In this document: positions 10,314 to 21,645 of the stretch, in pieces
Layout of the letters: every line of letters starts with the position of its first letter
How positions within the stretch are numbered: position 1 is the stretch's first letter
Assembly (NCBI GenBank): GCA_963765895.1
Contig: CAVXZB010000084.1
Location: 256,001 to 320,000 of the forward strand
DNA length: 64,000 nucleotides
Source: an uncultured Nitrososphaeraceae archaeon
GTDB taxonomy: Archaea; Thermoproteota; Nitrososphaeria; Nitrososphaerales; Nitrososphaeraceae
Direction: 5' to 3'
Notes under the pieces: generated by a model
Told to the model about the DNA's origin: nothing
Database searches by the model: none
Seen by the model: only the letters and a program-made list of their open reading frames with translations
Position numbers and translations under genes: made by a program

Positions 10314-10973
10314 TCAAAGTACTTTGCCGGTTCTAAATGCGATGGCCTTAGCAGATGAACAGTCCCTTATTCCGCGTCTGTTTGAATAGGCACTATGCCG
10401 AAGAGATGTGCCATACTCATCGACAATTTCAATAACTACTGAATCTTTGAATTTCATTTTTAGAGCCTTTGCAATATCATTACACATACTAATATTACCG
10501 TCTCCGATCTTTACTGATTTTCTTCGCGATATAATTCCAGATAGGATTACTGAAATAATTTCAATGGCAGACTGTGGAGAATGCTCTACAAAGCTTTCAA
10601 TTTCGTTATGAAAATAAATAACAGATATTCCTATCCTGTATCCCGGATCAACTCCTATAATTAGGCTTTCATCCTTGGAATACTGCATAATTGCTCTAAG
10701 TATTTTAGCTTTCGAAAGAATAGGGATCTCATCCAACTCGGTGTCTAGAAGGACATTTTTTCGATGTATTATTCCAGACTCATCTTTCGTGGTAATTACA
10801 ACTCCAGTATCTGATGAATCAGCCTGTTCTGGTGATAATGACTCGTAAGTTAGATCCATCAACTTCAGTGCATTAACAATATTATAATAAGAACGACCGT
10901 AAACAGTAGCAACAGCAACTATATTTCTGGGCTCGCATCTATCTAGGGGCGCTTCATCTAAATTAAAAAACAA
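10314..10973 (-). CDS. Hypothetical protein with RNase H-like (YqgF/Tex-type) domain
   Basis: LIIGVDPG..IG and IVDEYGTS motifs; D..SA.AIA. Confidence 0.6.
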   Translation of the reverse strand: MFFNLDEAPLDRCEPRNIVAVATVYGRSYYNIVNALKLMDLTYESLSPEQADSSDTGVVITTKDESGIIHRKNVLLDTELDEIPILSKAKILRAIMQYSKDESLIIGVDPGYRIGISVIYFHNEIESFVEHSPQSAIEIISVILSGIISRRKSVKIGDGNISMCNDIAKALKMKFKDSVVIEIVDEYGTSLRHSAYSNRRGIRDCSSAKAIAFRTGKVL

Positions 10974-11133
10974 ATTAGATTATTATTAAACTTTTTGAAT
11001 CCTTGTTATATTCATTAAATCATAATTATTTCATACCTAACTAGAAATGCCCTACTGTAAAAGGCACCCAGAGGGGTTTTATAAATCCATTCGCCAATTA
11101 AAAGTGCAAGCAATAGTACACTTCATATTTGAC

Positions 11134-11505
11134 TCAGGATGTACTTCGATTTTTGCTGGTATTAATCAGATTGGTCTGACCTGAAATCGTCTTTACGACA
11201 AAGTCTACCGCATGAGGCAAAGAGTTATCTATATTTCTCTTTGTAGTCGCGGTTATCTTTTCTGTTTCGGCCATAATTACAGCAGATTCATTTTCAGATT
11301 CCTTTCTTGCTGTATCAATAATCGCTTTGGCATCTTCGTTTGCAATAGCTATAACCTTCTGCTTTTGCTTCTCCATCTCTGAGATAGAATAAGCTATAAT
11401 TCGCTTTTTCATATCATTGACTCTTGAATTAAGGTTATCCAAATCAGTTTCGAGAGAGGAAAGAGCATCAATTATTTGTTCTACTGAAGACATCTTTTGC
11501 TCCAA
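11134..11505 (-). CDS. Coiled-coil protein resembling A/V-type ATP synthase subunit H/G
   Basis: Helical A..EA..II..AR.E pattern ending AVDFVVK.I. Confidence 0.5.
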   Translation of the reverse strand: MEQKMSSVEQIIDALSSLETDLDNLNSRVNDMKKRIIAYSISEMEKQKQKVIAIANEDAKAIIDTARKESENESAVIMAETEKITATTKRNIDNSLPHAVDFVVKTISGQTNLINTSKNRSTS

Positions 11506-11773
11506 ACTAGATCTACGATACAGTTTTAGAGGTATTAAACCCTTGCTTTAATATTATGCTGTGATAATCATAGTATTTGCGAGTTTCAAATGCAGAATTC
11601 TAGAATAGGACATTTACTTGCTTTCCAGCAGCAATTTTATTCATTCATATATCTTCAGACCTAACAGGGCTAAAAAGGATCATAGGGAATTTACTTTAGG
11701 ATACGCTACTTGAACCTTAGTCGCTTGAACTACGGATTACTAATTAAAGATCGTACCTATAAGCAACAAGCGA

Positions 11774-12724
11774 TCAGTTCTTTAATAGCAAATACAATAG
11801 TGCCTGTTGAACGTGTAACCTGTTTTCTGCCTCTTCCCACACAACAGATGCATCTCCATCAATAATATCAGAGGTTACTTCTTTACCTCGGTTCGCAGGA
11901 AGACAGTGCATAAAAATTGAATCTTTTTTTGCCAAGGTAATCAGATTAGAATTGACTTGATACTTTGGAAAGAATGCAGAATTTCGAGTCCTCTTTTCAT
12001 CATCTTTACCCATAGAGACGAATGTATCTGTCACAATAACGTCTGCAAATTTCGCTGCTATTTTTGGATCATCGGTAATAGTAATTTCTGCATTCGTTCG
12101 TGTTCCCTCTTCTTTCGCTAATTCTGTTACATATCTCAATGGTTCATAGCCTTTTGGACAGGCTACTACCATATTTATTCCTGTTTTTGAACATCCCAAC
12201 AACATATCGTTACAGACATTGTTACCGTCTCCTATCCACGCAAGTTTTAATCCTCTTAATTTCTTTTTATGTTCATAAATAGTTAATAAATCTGCAAGTA
12301 TTTGACAAGGATGAAATGAATTAGAAAGTCCGTTTATAACAGGCACAGAAGTGAAAGAAGCAAGTTTTTCTAAATTATGATGGTTATAAATTCTCGCAAC
12401 AATGCAGTCAACATATAAGCCTAACGTTCGCGCGGTATCTTCTATAGATTCTCCTCTGGATAACTGAGTATCGTTGATACCCATGTAAATAGGACTTCCA
12501 CCAAGTTGGTACATCGCTGTTTCAAAACTAATTCTTGTTCTAGTAGATGGTTTCTCGAAGATCATCCCCAAGATACATCCTGGCAATAAGCGACGAGGTT
12601 TTCTAGCCTGCCAATCCTTCTTGAATGATGCAGCTAATTTCAATACAGAATGTATTTCAGTCGGGCAAAGGTCTCTTAAACTAAGGATATCCTTACTATT
12701 TAATGAGATCCTCAATGTCCTCAT
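11774..12724 (-). CDS. argF: Ornithine carbamoyltransferase (start likely 12724 or a downstream TTG)
   Basis: FEKPSTRTR, HPCQILADL, GDGNNV, SMG, FMHCLP, EAENRLH. Confidence 0.95.
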   Translation of the reverse strand: MRTLRISLNSKDILSLRDLCPTEIHSVLKLAASFKKDWQARKPRRLLPGCILGMIFEKPSTRTRISFETAMYQLGGSPIYMGINDTQLSRGESIEDTARTLGLYVDCIVARIYNHHNLEKLASFTSVPVINGLSNSFHPCQILADLLTIYEHKKKLRGLKLAWIGDGNNVCNDMLLGCSKTGINMVVACPKGYEPLRYVTELAKEEGTRTNAEITITDDPKIAAKFADVIVTDTFVSMGKDDEKRTRNSAFFPKYQVNSNLITLAKKDSIFMHCLPANRGKEVTSDIIDGDASVVWEEAENRLHVQQALLYLLLKN

Positions 12725-14202
12725 CCGATAGATATATAGGATCTCGGTCTTTCTGTTCTTCACTTTCTACTTTTTCGTTATTCTCATTCAAATCCTTCCC
12801 TGAGGACACATCAGTCGTTCGCTTTTCACTTCCATTTGTTTTATTCTCCATATCATCACTCCCTTTCTTGGCTTTTTTCTTTCGGGAGAAGAGACTGCCG
12901 AAAATCCCTTTTTTCTTTTCCGTTATTGGAATACCAGGGTCGCTTTTCATCTGAATTGAATCAGAATCCGATCCAGCTGGAATATCATTATCGAGCTTTC
13001 CTGATGCAGTTTTGTGATCGTCCATTGAGACTTCAGGTTTAGTCAAAAATGAATCTTGATCAGAAGAGTGTTCTGTGATTTGTGCCTGTTTCTTGATTTC
13101 TGTTGGCAATGATGAGGGTAATTCTTCCTTTTTATCCTTCGCATGTGCATTCTGGGATCTAGATAAATCTTCAGCCAACAGGTACTCGACCGGCCTGTAT
13201 CTCTCGCTTATCGTTATTTCGGTCAATTGTAGATTTCTCTGGACTTAGATCCAATATCTCGCTATTGCGATCTTGTTCATCGATTAGCGGATAACCACCA
13301 AAAATAGACCTCAAGAATCTGTCATACCGGAATGGCAAAATATCTCCATATCCTTGTCCGATACCAAGATATAGAATCGGTTTTGAAGTAATATGGACGA
13401 TTGAAATTGCCGAGCCACCCTTCGAATCGGCGTCAGCTTTAGTCAAAATGGCACCATCAAAGTTTGTATAGTGATAAAACTCTCGTGCCTGATTTATGGT
13501 GTCATTGCCAGCTAATGAGTCCCCTACAAATAATTTAATATCTGGTTTCACTACCCTGACAACTTTATTGATTTCATCCATTAGATTTTTAGATGTCTGC
13601 ATCCTTCCTGCAGTATCAATTAGAACCACATCAATAAAGTGTTTTTTAGCGTATTCCACAGCATCTCTTCCAACTGCTGAAGGATCGGCACCATATCGCT
13701 GGGCAATGACTTTCAATGACAATTTTTCTCCGTGTGCACAAAGCTGTTCAATAGCCCCAGATCGATGCGTATCAGCAGCAGCCATAACAGCAGATAAGCC
13801 ATTAATACGTAGTAGGTTCCCAATCTTCGCGACTGTCGTAGTTTTACCACTGCCGTTTATTCCTACGAAGACAATTACAAATGGGCCAGATTTAGACTGG
13901 ATTTTACTTCGAATTTTTTGTAAAAGATCTATACTTTCACAGCTGGCAAACATTTGAGCAAGACTATTTTTTAGTCTTGAACCGATCAAATCCTCTGAAC
14001 TCTGATCCTTTTCGAGTTTGTATCCTACTAATTCATCTTTGAGCTTGGCGAAAATATCATCTAAGGCTTCTTGAGCAATATCACATTCAAGCAACTCAAG
14101 TTGGATATTAGATAAAGACCTCTCCAAATCCTTTGAAGTGATCTCCTTTTGTGAAATGCTACTTGTAACGGATGAGAATGCTTTCTTGAGTTGTTCAAAC
14201 AT
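12696..14202 (-). CDS. ftsY: SRP receptor FtsY with long charged C-terminal tail (split by +1 frameshift near 13171-13240)
   Basis: GINGSGKTTT, DTHRSGA, DTAGR, TKADADSKGG, GIGQ; overlapping ORF 12696-13226 is a low-complexity tail in the +1 frame. Confidence 0.9.
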
Positions 14203-14214
14203 CGCGTATTTACC

Positions 14215-14709
14215 TTATTGTTTGTATGTGCCATTATTGGCAATATGTTGTTTTTTTGTTGATTGGACATTAGTTGCTTGGCGAAGCATTTGATTGATTT
14301 GTAATTGGATCTGTTCCATATTTAGCGTAATTTGCTGTCTCTGCTTGTTAAGCTGTCTCAACCCTACTTCGAATTCATTTAATTTACTTTCTACGTAATT
14401 AATGGTATCATCCCTATTTTTTTCGATTATCACCCCCGCACCAATATTTACTAATAGTCTTTTTACAGGAGGAATTATGGCCTTCATGTAAACGCCAATA
14501 CCAATAGGTGTTAGTGACTCAAGGTCGTTTTCGTCGAGCATGCTATGAAGAGCGCCAGAAGCCATACGAGCTTCTTGGATCAGTCTTGTAATAGTAGCCT
14601 CACGGCCAACGATATCATTCATATAGGCTTCGAGAACTCTGGATTGCTGTACTAATTCATTCATTTTCTGATCCATTGCTGCCTGCTCTGCCTCAACGTC
14701 TCTGCTCAT
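14215..14709 (-). CDS. pfdA: Prefoldin subunit alpha
   Basis: PIGIGVYMKA, LLVNIGAGVIIEK hairpins flanked by coiled coils; directly upstream of ftsY. Confidence 0.9.
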   Translation of the reverse strand: MSRDVEAEQAAMDQKMNELVQQSRVLEAYMNDIVGREATITRLIQEARMASGALHSMLDENDLESLTPIGIGVYMKAIIPPVKRLLVNIGAGVIIEKNRDDTINYVESKLNEFEVGLRQLNKQRQQITLNMEQIQLQINQMLRQATNVQSTKKQHIANNGTYKQ

Positions 14710-15173
14710 ACACGTCCAATTTCCGATACCATCTTATATATGTGACTATAAAGCCTTTATAGAATTAAATATAATCTGAGCAGGTTATATTTAATTCATT
14801 TAGACTACAATTAACTTAATTAAAGGGTCAACGTGTCCTCAATTGAGTCGATGTGCAATTGGAATGCGACAAGGCTAGATTGATAATTTGTGGCCAGATG
14901 ATCTGCCTGTATTGGGTGTATAACATGCCTTTAGATCATCGAAAAAATTAGATAGGACATAACGGTTTAATTCCCTCGCAACTACCGATTTTAATGAGTG
15001 CAATAGCAAGCATCTTCAGGAGATTTGAAAACTTGTCTAAAGAAAGACGCGGATATGAGTTTCGTATCTGCGTACTTCATAAATGCTCGTACCCAATTGC
15101 TGGCCTGACGATTTAGTTAACCGAGTATTTCACTATTAAAATCCGATTATTAGAATTCAGTTAAGAATTTAAT

Positions 15174-15730
15174 ATGGGAGTGGTGATCCATATGGGGATG
15201 CGTTCTGTTGGTGTAGTAGCATTTGTTGCACTTATGGTATTAGGAGTTGTTACTGGTATGATTACTTTTTATCTATTTGCTAAGGTAGCTCCAACGCCTG
15301 GGGTGATGGATTCGCTTTTTCGCAAAGATCTTCCCAAGGTAAATTCTACTGGATCAGGTTCAGCTCCTGGCGGGACAGCTAGTGAGAACACAGCCAATAA
15401 AGTAGACTTCTAAGATTAGTGGACCAATTGGTGCAACTCTTACTGTTATGCAAGGTGCTTCGATACAAGGAAACCCAGCCTTTAATCCCAATCCAATTAG
15501 TGTCAAAAAGGGTAGCGTTGTTCAAGTCGTAAATAAAGATTCTGTACCTCATACTGTTACAAATGGTAAAGGGCCAGATGATCCAAACTCTGGCAAGCTA
15601 TTTGATACAAGCATAATCAATGCAGGTGAATCAGCCAAAGTCGATACTTCCAAACTAACTTCTGGACAACAATATCCATTTCACTGTACCCGTACATCCT
15701 TACATGACTGGAACACTAAAAGCTGCTTAA
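15174..15730 (+). CDS. Membrane-anchored blue copper (cupredoxin) protein, two +1 frameshifts (~15410, ~15690)
   Basis: N-terminal TM helix; FNPNPISVKKG, N.DSVPHTVT, FDTSII; restored C-terminus HCTVHPYMTGTLKAA (type-1 Cu C-x2-H-x2-M). Confidence 0.8.
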
Positions 15731-16000
15731 TAATTGAACGAACTTATGGTCTGAACATTTGACTCCTATCAGCAAGTAGAAACAAAAGCCCTACATTTAA
15801 GAATGTAATTCGGTTCGATAAGACAAATAGACTAAAATGATATAGATAAGAAAGGTTTACAGGTCAATCAACATATGAATGAAACCAAATAGCTTTAGAC
15901 GATACAACATCCACTAGAAGTACATTATTACTATCCCCAAAAGCCGTCTTTGTCCCGGCCGCACCCATATATTATATATCGGGGAATATGTAATATTCTT

Positions 16001-16777
16001 ATGCCGTTTCTTGAAGTTAAAGATTTGCACGCTAGTATTGACGAAAAGGAAATTCTATCCGGCTTTTCATTAAATATTGACAAGGCAGAAGTCCATGCAA
16101 TTATGGGGCCAAATGGTTCTGGAAAGAGCACATTTGCAAATGTGCTGTTGGGACATCCTAGGTACGCAGTTAAATCAGGCGATATCATTGTAGACGGAAA
16201 AAGCATATTAGATCTTACAACAGATAAAAGAGCAAATAAAGGATTATTCTTAGGTTTTCAGTATCCGACTGAGATTTCTGGCGTCGGATATAGCCATTTT
16301 TTGAGAAATGCATATAATGCATTGAGCAAATCTTTGGGTCAAGAACAAAAGAACAGAGAGGTTTTTTTGACTGTAAAAGAATTTCACGAATATGTAAAGA
16401 GGAACCTAGACGAGGTTGGCCTTGACCCCTCTTTTTTAAGTCGATATCTTAATGAAGGATTTTCTGGAGGGGAGAAAAAGAGATCAGAGGTAATGCAAAT
16501 GCTAGTCCTGAAACCAAACGTTGCCATACTTGACGAACCCGACTCTGGTCTGGATATCGATGCGGTACGTGCAGTTGCAGGTGCGATTAACAGTCTGATT
16601 GACACCGGTGCTGGGGTTGTGGTAATCACGCATTATGCTAGGATACTGAGATATCTCAATAAATTGGATCATGTTCATATAATGGCGAAAGGGAAGATAA
16701 TCAAATCAGGCGACAAGGGATTATCTGAAGAACTTGAGACCCGAGGTTATGGATGGCTAGGGCTAGAAGATAAATAG
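16001..16777 (+). CDS. sufC: Fe-S cluster assembly ATPase SufC
   Basis: HAIMGPNGSGKST, FQYP.EI.GV, NEGFSGGEKKR, LDEPDSGLDIDA; TATA-like TTATATAT ~25 bp upstream of ATG 16001. Confidence 0.95.
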   Translation: MPFLEVKDLHASIDEKEILSGFSLNIDKAEVHAIMGPNGSGKSTFANVLLGHPRYAVKSGDIIVDGKSILDLTTDKRANKGLFLGFQYPTEISGVGYSHFLRNAYNALSKSLGQEQKNREVFLTVKEFHEYVKRNLDEVGLDPSFLSRYLNEGFSGGEKKRSEVMQMLVLKPNVAILDEPDSGLDIDAVRAVAGAINSLIDTGAGVVVITHYARILRYLNKLDHVHIMAKGKIIKSGDKGLSEELETRGYGWLGLEDK

Positions 16778-16863
16778 AATAATAAGGTTTTGTGCAGGTT
16801 TATATGCATATAATTTCTTCATGTTTATGCAATTTTAAATAGGATAAAACACTCAATTCAATC

Positions 16864-17574
16864 ATGAACTTGTCTATTGAAAATGGAGGTGAGCGAAGTA
16901 GCACTTCCTCAGCACTCTATCTTAATTTTTCTTTTTTTAAAATAGATCAGAAGTGGAGATGGTTAAATGATATTGGGAAAGAAGAAGCAGCAAAAGAGTT
17001 TTCGACATTGATTGACGTAGCGAATACAAAAATGAAAGTTAGAACTTATTCGAGTCTTGGAATACGGCACGATATAGACTTTATGCTGTGGATGATTTCC
17101 GACTCGATTGAAAAATTTCAGATTCTAGCATCGAAGATATACACAACAGTTGTCGGCAAATATATAGACTCCTCTCTAGTCTATTTATCCGCTTCTAGAC
17201 AGTCAATTTATTCAAATAATAGTGTTAAGCCTCGTTTTATGTCTCACAAGCCTCCGATGAAATATCTAATTGTATATCCGTTCATCAAATCTAGGGAATG
17301 GTATCTACTGCCGCTAGATGACCGAAAAATAATGATGGAAGAACACATAACCATAGGAAAAAAGTTCCCACAGGTACAAATCAATACATCTTATTCATTC
17401 GGTATTCACGATCAAGATTTTACCCTTGCGTTTGAAACAGATGATCTGATGGCATTTCAGGATTTAATAATCCAATTGCGAGAGACAAAAGTGAGTCGCT
17501 ACGTAATCAAGGATACACCAATGATAGTATGTGTATATAAACCGATTGATATTATTATTAGGAGCCTAGGATGA
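16864..17574 (+). CDS. Chlorite dismutase/HemQ-like heme-binding protein
   Basis: YPFIKSREWYLL, MMEEH..IG, TSYSFGIHDQDF, LRET..S.Y. Confidence 0.85.
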   Translation: MNLSIENGGERSSTSSALYLNFSFFKIDQKWRWLNDIGKEEAAKEFSTLIDVANTKMKVRTYSSLGIRHDIDFMLWMISDSIEKFQILASKIYTTVVGKYIDSSLVYLSASRQSIYSNNSVKPRFMSHKPPMKYLIVYPFIKSREWYLLPLDDRKIMMEEHITIGKKFPQVQINTSYSFGIHDQDFTLAFETDDLMAFQDLIIQLRETKVSRYVIKDTPMIVCVYKPIDIIIRSLG

Positions 17575-18151
17575 ACTCAACACTTGTACCGGCTCTTAAA
17601 GAATGGGCAATAGCTTGCAGAGCACTAGAAGAGGGGAGGCGAGCTGGTGTTACTCCGGAAGGGTGGAATCATGGAGTACAAGGAAGGATTTAAGCTTATC
17701 AATAGTAGCTTTCTATTGTTTCCAACCTTGGAACACCAATCATTCGAGGATATTCAAGCAGATTATGCACACACTCTGGACACAGAATTACAGGCTAATT
17801 GTGACGGGAAACGAGATTTAACTATTTGTGCAGAGGTTTCAGACATTAGACAGATCAGTAACGAACACATGTTGCCAAAGCTCGAGAAGTACCATATTTG
17901 GAGCAGAAGATACGTGGGGACGAGAATGAAATATAACCCCAGGAAATCCATGAATATGATAATATTACGAGTGTACAAAATGAGTCACCCTATATCGATA
18001 TACATAAAACCAGAATGGTCTGGCTGTAAATCTTGGATATCGGTTGAAATATCTGAGAAGGAAAAAGAGCTGACTTGATCATAGTCAGCCCGTCTTGGAC
18101 GATGATAGATTTCAGTACATCAGGTCCAAAATATTGGAGGGTCTGAATTAA
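17571..18151 (+). CDS. DUF1802 family protein (+1 frameshifts near 17640 and 18073)
   Basis: ALKEWA..C.AL..G then LLRKGGI.E, LFPT.EHQ, W.GCKSW, restored tail QPVLDDDRF. Confidence 0.75.
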
Positions 18152-18155
18152 CTAT

Positions 18156-19157
18156 ATGAAATACAGAAAATTAGGCAAGAGTAATTTAAAAGTAAGCGAG
18201 ATCGGATTTGGAGCCTGGGCTATCGCACTCGATTGGTGGGGCGGTAAGAAGATAGACGATCAGGATGCAATAAAAATGCTCAAACGTGCATATGATCTTG
18301 GCATCAACTTCTATGAGACTGCCGATATTTATGGAAACGGCAAGAGCGAAAAACTGATTTCACAAGCCTTCAAAGGTATGAACAGAGAGGAGTTGGTCTA
18401 TTCCACGAAATGGGGGTATGATATATACAGCAGCAAACAAGTTGGACATAATGAGATACCACAGAAGCACGATACAGACTTTCTGCAATATGCGTTACAA
18501 AAGAGTATGGATCGTCTACAGGCTGATTATATTGATGTATATAGTCTTCATAATCCTAAAATGAGTGCAATACAAAATGACAGTATATTTCAATCACTTG
18601 AATCCTTGATATTTGACGGAAAAATTAGGAGTTATGGAGTAGCGTTAGGCCCAGCGATCGGATGGATGGAAGAAGGATTGTTGGCTACAAGAACTAGAAA
18701 TATCACATGCTTGCAAACTGTATATAATATCTTAGAACAAGACCCTGGAAGGGCGTTCTTTGATGCGGCCCGCCAAAATGATGTCGGAATCATGGTACGA
18801 GTTCCGGATGCGTCGGGAATATTGACCGGTAAGGTTAAAGCTGACACTACATTCGATAAGAACGATCATAGGGGAAATCGAAGAAGGGAGTGGATCCTTG
18901 AGGCTTTACAAAAGGTTGAAAAGATGAGAAATATAGCAGAATCAAATGGGCTAAACATTACCGAGTTAGCCTTTAAATTCATATTGTCTCAAAGAGAGAT
19001 CTCCGTAGTCTTGCCTACCATATTGGATATCACAGAAGTTGAAACAATTGCGAATATGTCTGATGGGAATTATTTGGACGAAAAGGTGATGGTTCAAATA
19101 TCAGAGTTATACACTAACAATTTTGATTTAAAACCATCGTCGGTTGCACATGCCTAA
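18156..19157 (+). CDS. Aldo/keto reductase
   Basis: LGKSNLKVSEIGFG, GINFYETADIYG.G.SE, STK, DYIDVYSLH. Confidence 0.92.
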   Translation: MKYRKLGKSNLKVSEIGFGAWAIALDWWGGKKIDDQDAIKMLKRAYDLGINFYETADIYGNGKSEKLISQAFKGMNREELVYSTKWGYDIYSSKQVGHNEIPQKHDTDFLQYALQKSMDRLQADYIDVYSLHNPKMSAIQNDSIFQSLESLIFDGKIRSYGVALGPAIGWMEEGLLATRTRNITCLQTVYNILEQDPGRAFFDAARQNDVGIMVRVPDASGILTGKVKADTTFDKNDHRGNRRREWILEALQKVEKMRNIAESNGLNITELAFKFILSQREISVVLPTILDITEVETIANMSDGNYLDEKVMVQISELYTNNFDLKPSSVAHA

Positions 19158-19248
19158 TAGAATTCATTTGAACCTGACAAAGTTTAGATCAAGACCCTAG
19201 ATACTCAAGACTAGGAATTGCCTTCTTATTCTCGATTTAAATCAGCTG

Positions 19249-20259
19249 TTAAACGTTCTCAAAATACTTGACTCGTTCTTTCTTAAATTCTCGTGTGCTA
19301 AACAGAATTTGATAGTCATCAACTCCGATGATTTTTGATATTTCAAGTGCAATTTTCTTTGCCGACTCCAAAGACCGCGCATGTATCATGCTAAATAAAT
19401 TAAATCGCCAATCCTTATAGACTGGTCTACGATAACAATGACTTACCTCAGGAAATGTGGCAAGCCTATTTCCAATTTCATCAATACTATTGGTGGGGAC
19501 GTTCCATACTATCATGCCGTTGGCGATAAATCCTGCTTCACGGTGACGCAAAATTGCAGCAAACCTTCGCATCACACCAATCTTCTCATATTCTTTAGCC
19601 CTGTCAAAGAGTTCCGTAGTAGTGATGCCAAGATTTTCAGCAGGGATTCTGAAAGGTTCCGGAACAATTTTCAAGTCTTTCTGTAACTCTCTAATAAAAT
19701 CTTTATCGCGCTCAGTAATCTCAAAGCTTTTTGCAACAGGCTCCATAACTTTATCCGAAGGTAACGGAACAGTCGGATCCCCGTTAACCATATCCAATTT
19801 TACGCCAATTTTGTATAGTTTCAGAGTAGGCAACAGTCGATATTTGATGACTCCATCCAGCGATGCCATATTGTTGAGTACAATCTTCATATCATCATTT
19901 GGACCAACTGCAAGTGTAAACCAGATATTGAACTCATGGCTCCTCTCGTAATTATGACTAACGCCGGGGCGTCTATTTATCTCGTTAGCGACGAAATCAA
20001 CTTTGTCCGGTTTAACCGAGAATGCTACTAGAGCACTCTTGTATCCAAGCTTCCTCGTATCAAAAATTGCATTTATCTGTCGAATTAGTCCCTTTGTTTT
20101 TAATTTTGAAATCCTGTGAATAATTTCTGATTCAGAAACACCATAGCTCAGAGAGATTTTAAGAAATGGCCTATCAGATAGCGGAAATGTCCACTGGATG
20201 TCATTAAGCAATCGTTTGTCTAACAAATCAAGAGGGCTCGTCTGCAATGAAAAACTCAT
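19249..20259 (-). CDS. ahbAB: Siroheme decarboxylase AhbA/AhbB (NirDL-like, duplicated Lrp/AsnC fold)
   Basis: FPL..RPF, VSHNYER, N.WFT, VSHCY.RP, NLFSMIH, LFS.REFKK. Confidence 0.85.
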   Translation of the reverse strand: MSFSLQTSPLDLLDKRLLNDIQWTFPLSDRPFLKISLSYGVSESEIIHRISKLKTKGLIRQINAIFDTRKLGYKSALVAFSVKPDKVDFVANEINRRPGVSHNYERSHEFNIWFTLAVGPNDDMKIVLNNMASLDGVIKYRLLPTLKLYKIGVKLDMVNGDPTVPLPSDKVMEPVAKSFEITERDKDFIRELQKDLKIVPEPFRIPAENLGITTTELFDRAKEYEKIGVMRRFAAILRHREAGFIANGMIVWNVPTNSIDEIGNRLATFPEVSHCYRRPVYKDWRFNLFSMIHARSLESAKKIALEISKIIGVDDYQILFSTREFKKERVKYFENV

Positions 20260-20657
20260 GTGTTAGTTGTAATATTCGCAGATACATTAAATACTTATCC
20301 AAATATATTGATACGATTGCACGTATACTTTAGTGACAATCATTGATTAATATCGTGTTTCCATGACTAAATTATCAAAAGATGATTTTGCCTTACTTCC
20401 GAAGGCTCGAAATCCAATTTAATAATGGCTCTTCATGAATTGTTAAGAGAACGACAAAAGAGCGAATCGTATTATGAATCTGGTTGACATCGTTTAGATA
20501 CGTTTTGGATGCCTGTTGTGAAATGGCATGAACTACATACTAGCTGATATAGAAACAGATATTGCCACAGGGAATACGATGTCAGCTCGTTAGATTTACT
20601 AGTGATATAGTGATCCCTAGTCTCGGTTTTTATTAACTACCTGCCTAAGTTATTATA

Positions 20658-21167
20658 TTGACTAGTAATGCCAATGCTAAGTTTAAACATTACGGCATTT
20701 CTCCATTTGAAATCGAGGTTATCTACGATGTATTGAAAGAATCATTTGAATTGCAAGAAGAACAACTCGTACCTATTGACGAAAATACCGTGAGTATGGT
20801 TGAAATCGAACTCCCAGTTTCGTATGACGATTCTTTCTTTAGCTGGTTTTCTGTGGAGAGATGGTTCAAAATCAAAGAAGTATTGAAAGAAATGGCTAGG
20901 AGAAGAGGTAAAAATGGTATCAGAATAGTTTTTGATTTTTGTGGAAACACAGACGATAGTCCTGCTAGGGTAAGATTCCTTTTGAAGGGCAGAAGTGGCA
21001 GGGAATTTGAAATAGCCATCGAAAAGATCGAGTACATGGTCGATACTATCAAGATGCAGCTCAAGAAACTATCCTGTGATATAGACGAGGTTGAATATTT
21101 ATACGACGAGAAGAATCATAGATGGTTTCCTTCCATCACGAAGGCAGATCGTGGCAGCAGAAAATAA
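20658..21167 (+). CDS. Hypothetical protein
   Basis: 169 aa ORF with natural composition, TTG start after TATA-like TTATTAA. Confidence 0.65.
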   Translation: MTSNANAKFKHYGISPFEIEVIYDVLKESFELQEEQLVPIDENTVSMVEIELPVSYDDSFFSWFSVERWFKIKEVLKEMARRRGKNGIRIVFDFCGNTDDSPARVRFLLKGRSGREFEIAIEKIEYMVDTIKMQLKKLSCDIDEVEYLYDEKNHRWFPSITKADRGSRK

Positions 21168-21213
21168 CCGGAGTTCGTTATTCAGATGTACAACGATCAA
21201 GATAGCTGTACAT

Positions 21214-21645
21214 TTAATTTATAACGGATGAATCCTGCAAAGTCTCAATCAATTCACGATATTTTCTATTTATGAATTCTAGGGATTCAGACAATTTCTT
21301 GGATTTACCATATTTGTATCGAATCAGTTCTCTATGGCGCCAAAAATGTTTACCCTCTGAAACCGAAATAGTTGTAAAATAATCTGGTCCTTTAAGACTA
21401 TCCGGTAATTTTATACTAAAGGGTATTAAATACTCGATTGTGAACCACTCATCGCCATCGGGATAGTCATCTCCAGTATTCAAGTCAAAATACAAATGCA
21501 ATGCATCATCTACTGTTAGACCCTCGTCCTTAATCGTAGGATGTTTGGTATAGGACTTACGAAAGTCCATTTTCAGTAATTCAGGTTCAAAATAAGTCTT
21601 AATAATTGCCTTCCGAAAGATTTCATTTGACTCTTTAAGATTCAA
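21214..21645 (-). CDS. Conserved hypothetical protein
   Basis: 143 aa ORF, DYPDGDEWF and FW.HRELIRYKYGKSKKL motifs. Confidence 0.65.
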   Translation of the reverse strand: MNLKESNEIFRKAIIKTYFEPELLKMDFRKSYTKHPTIKDEGLTVDDALHLYFDLNTGDDYPDGDEWFTIEYLIPFSIKLPDSLKGPDYFTTISVSEGKHFWRHRELIRYKYGKSKKLSESLEFINRKYRELIETLQDSSVIN

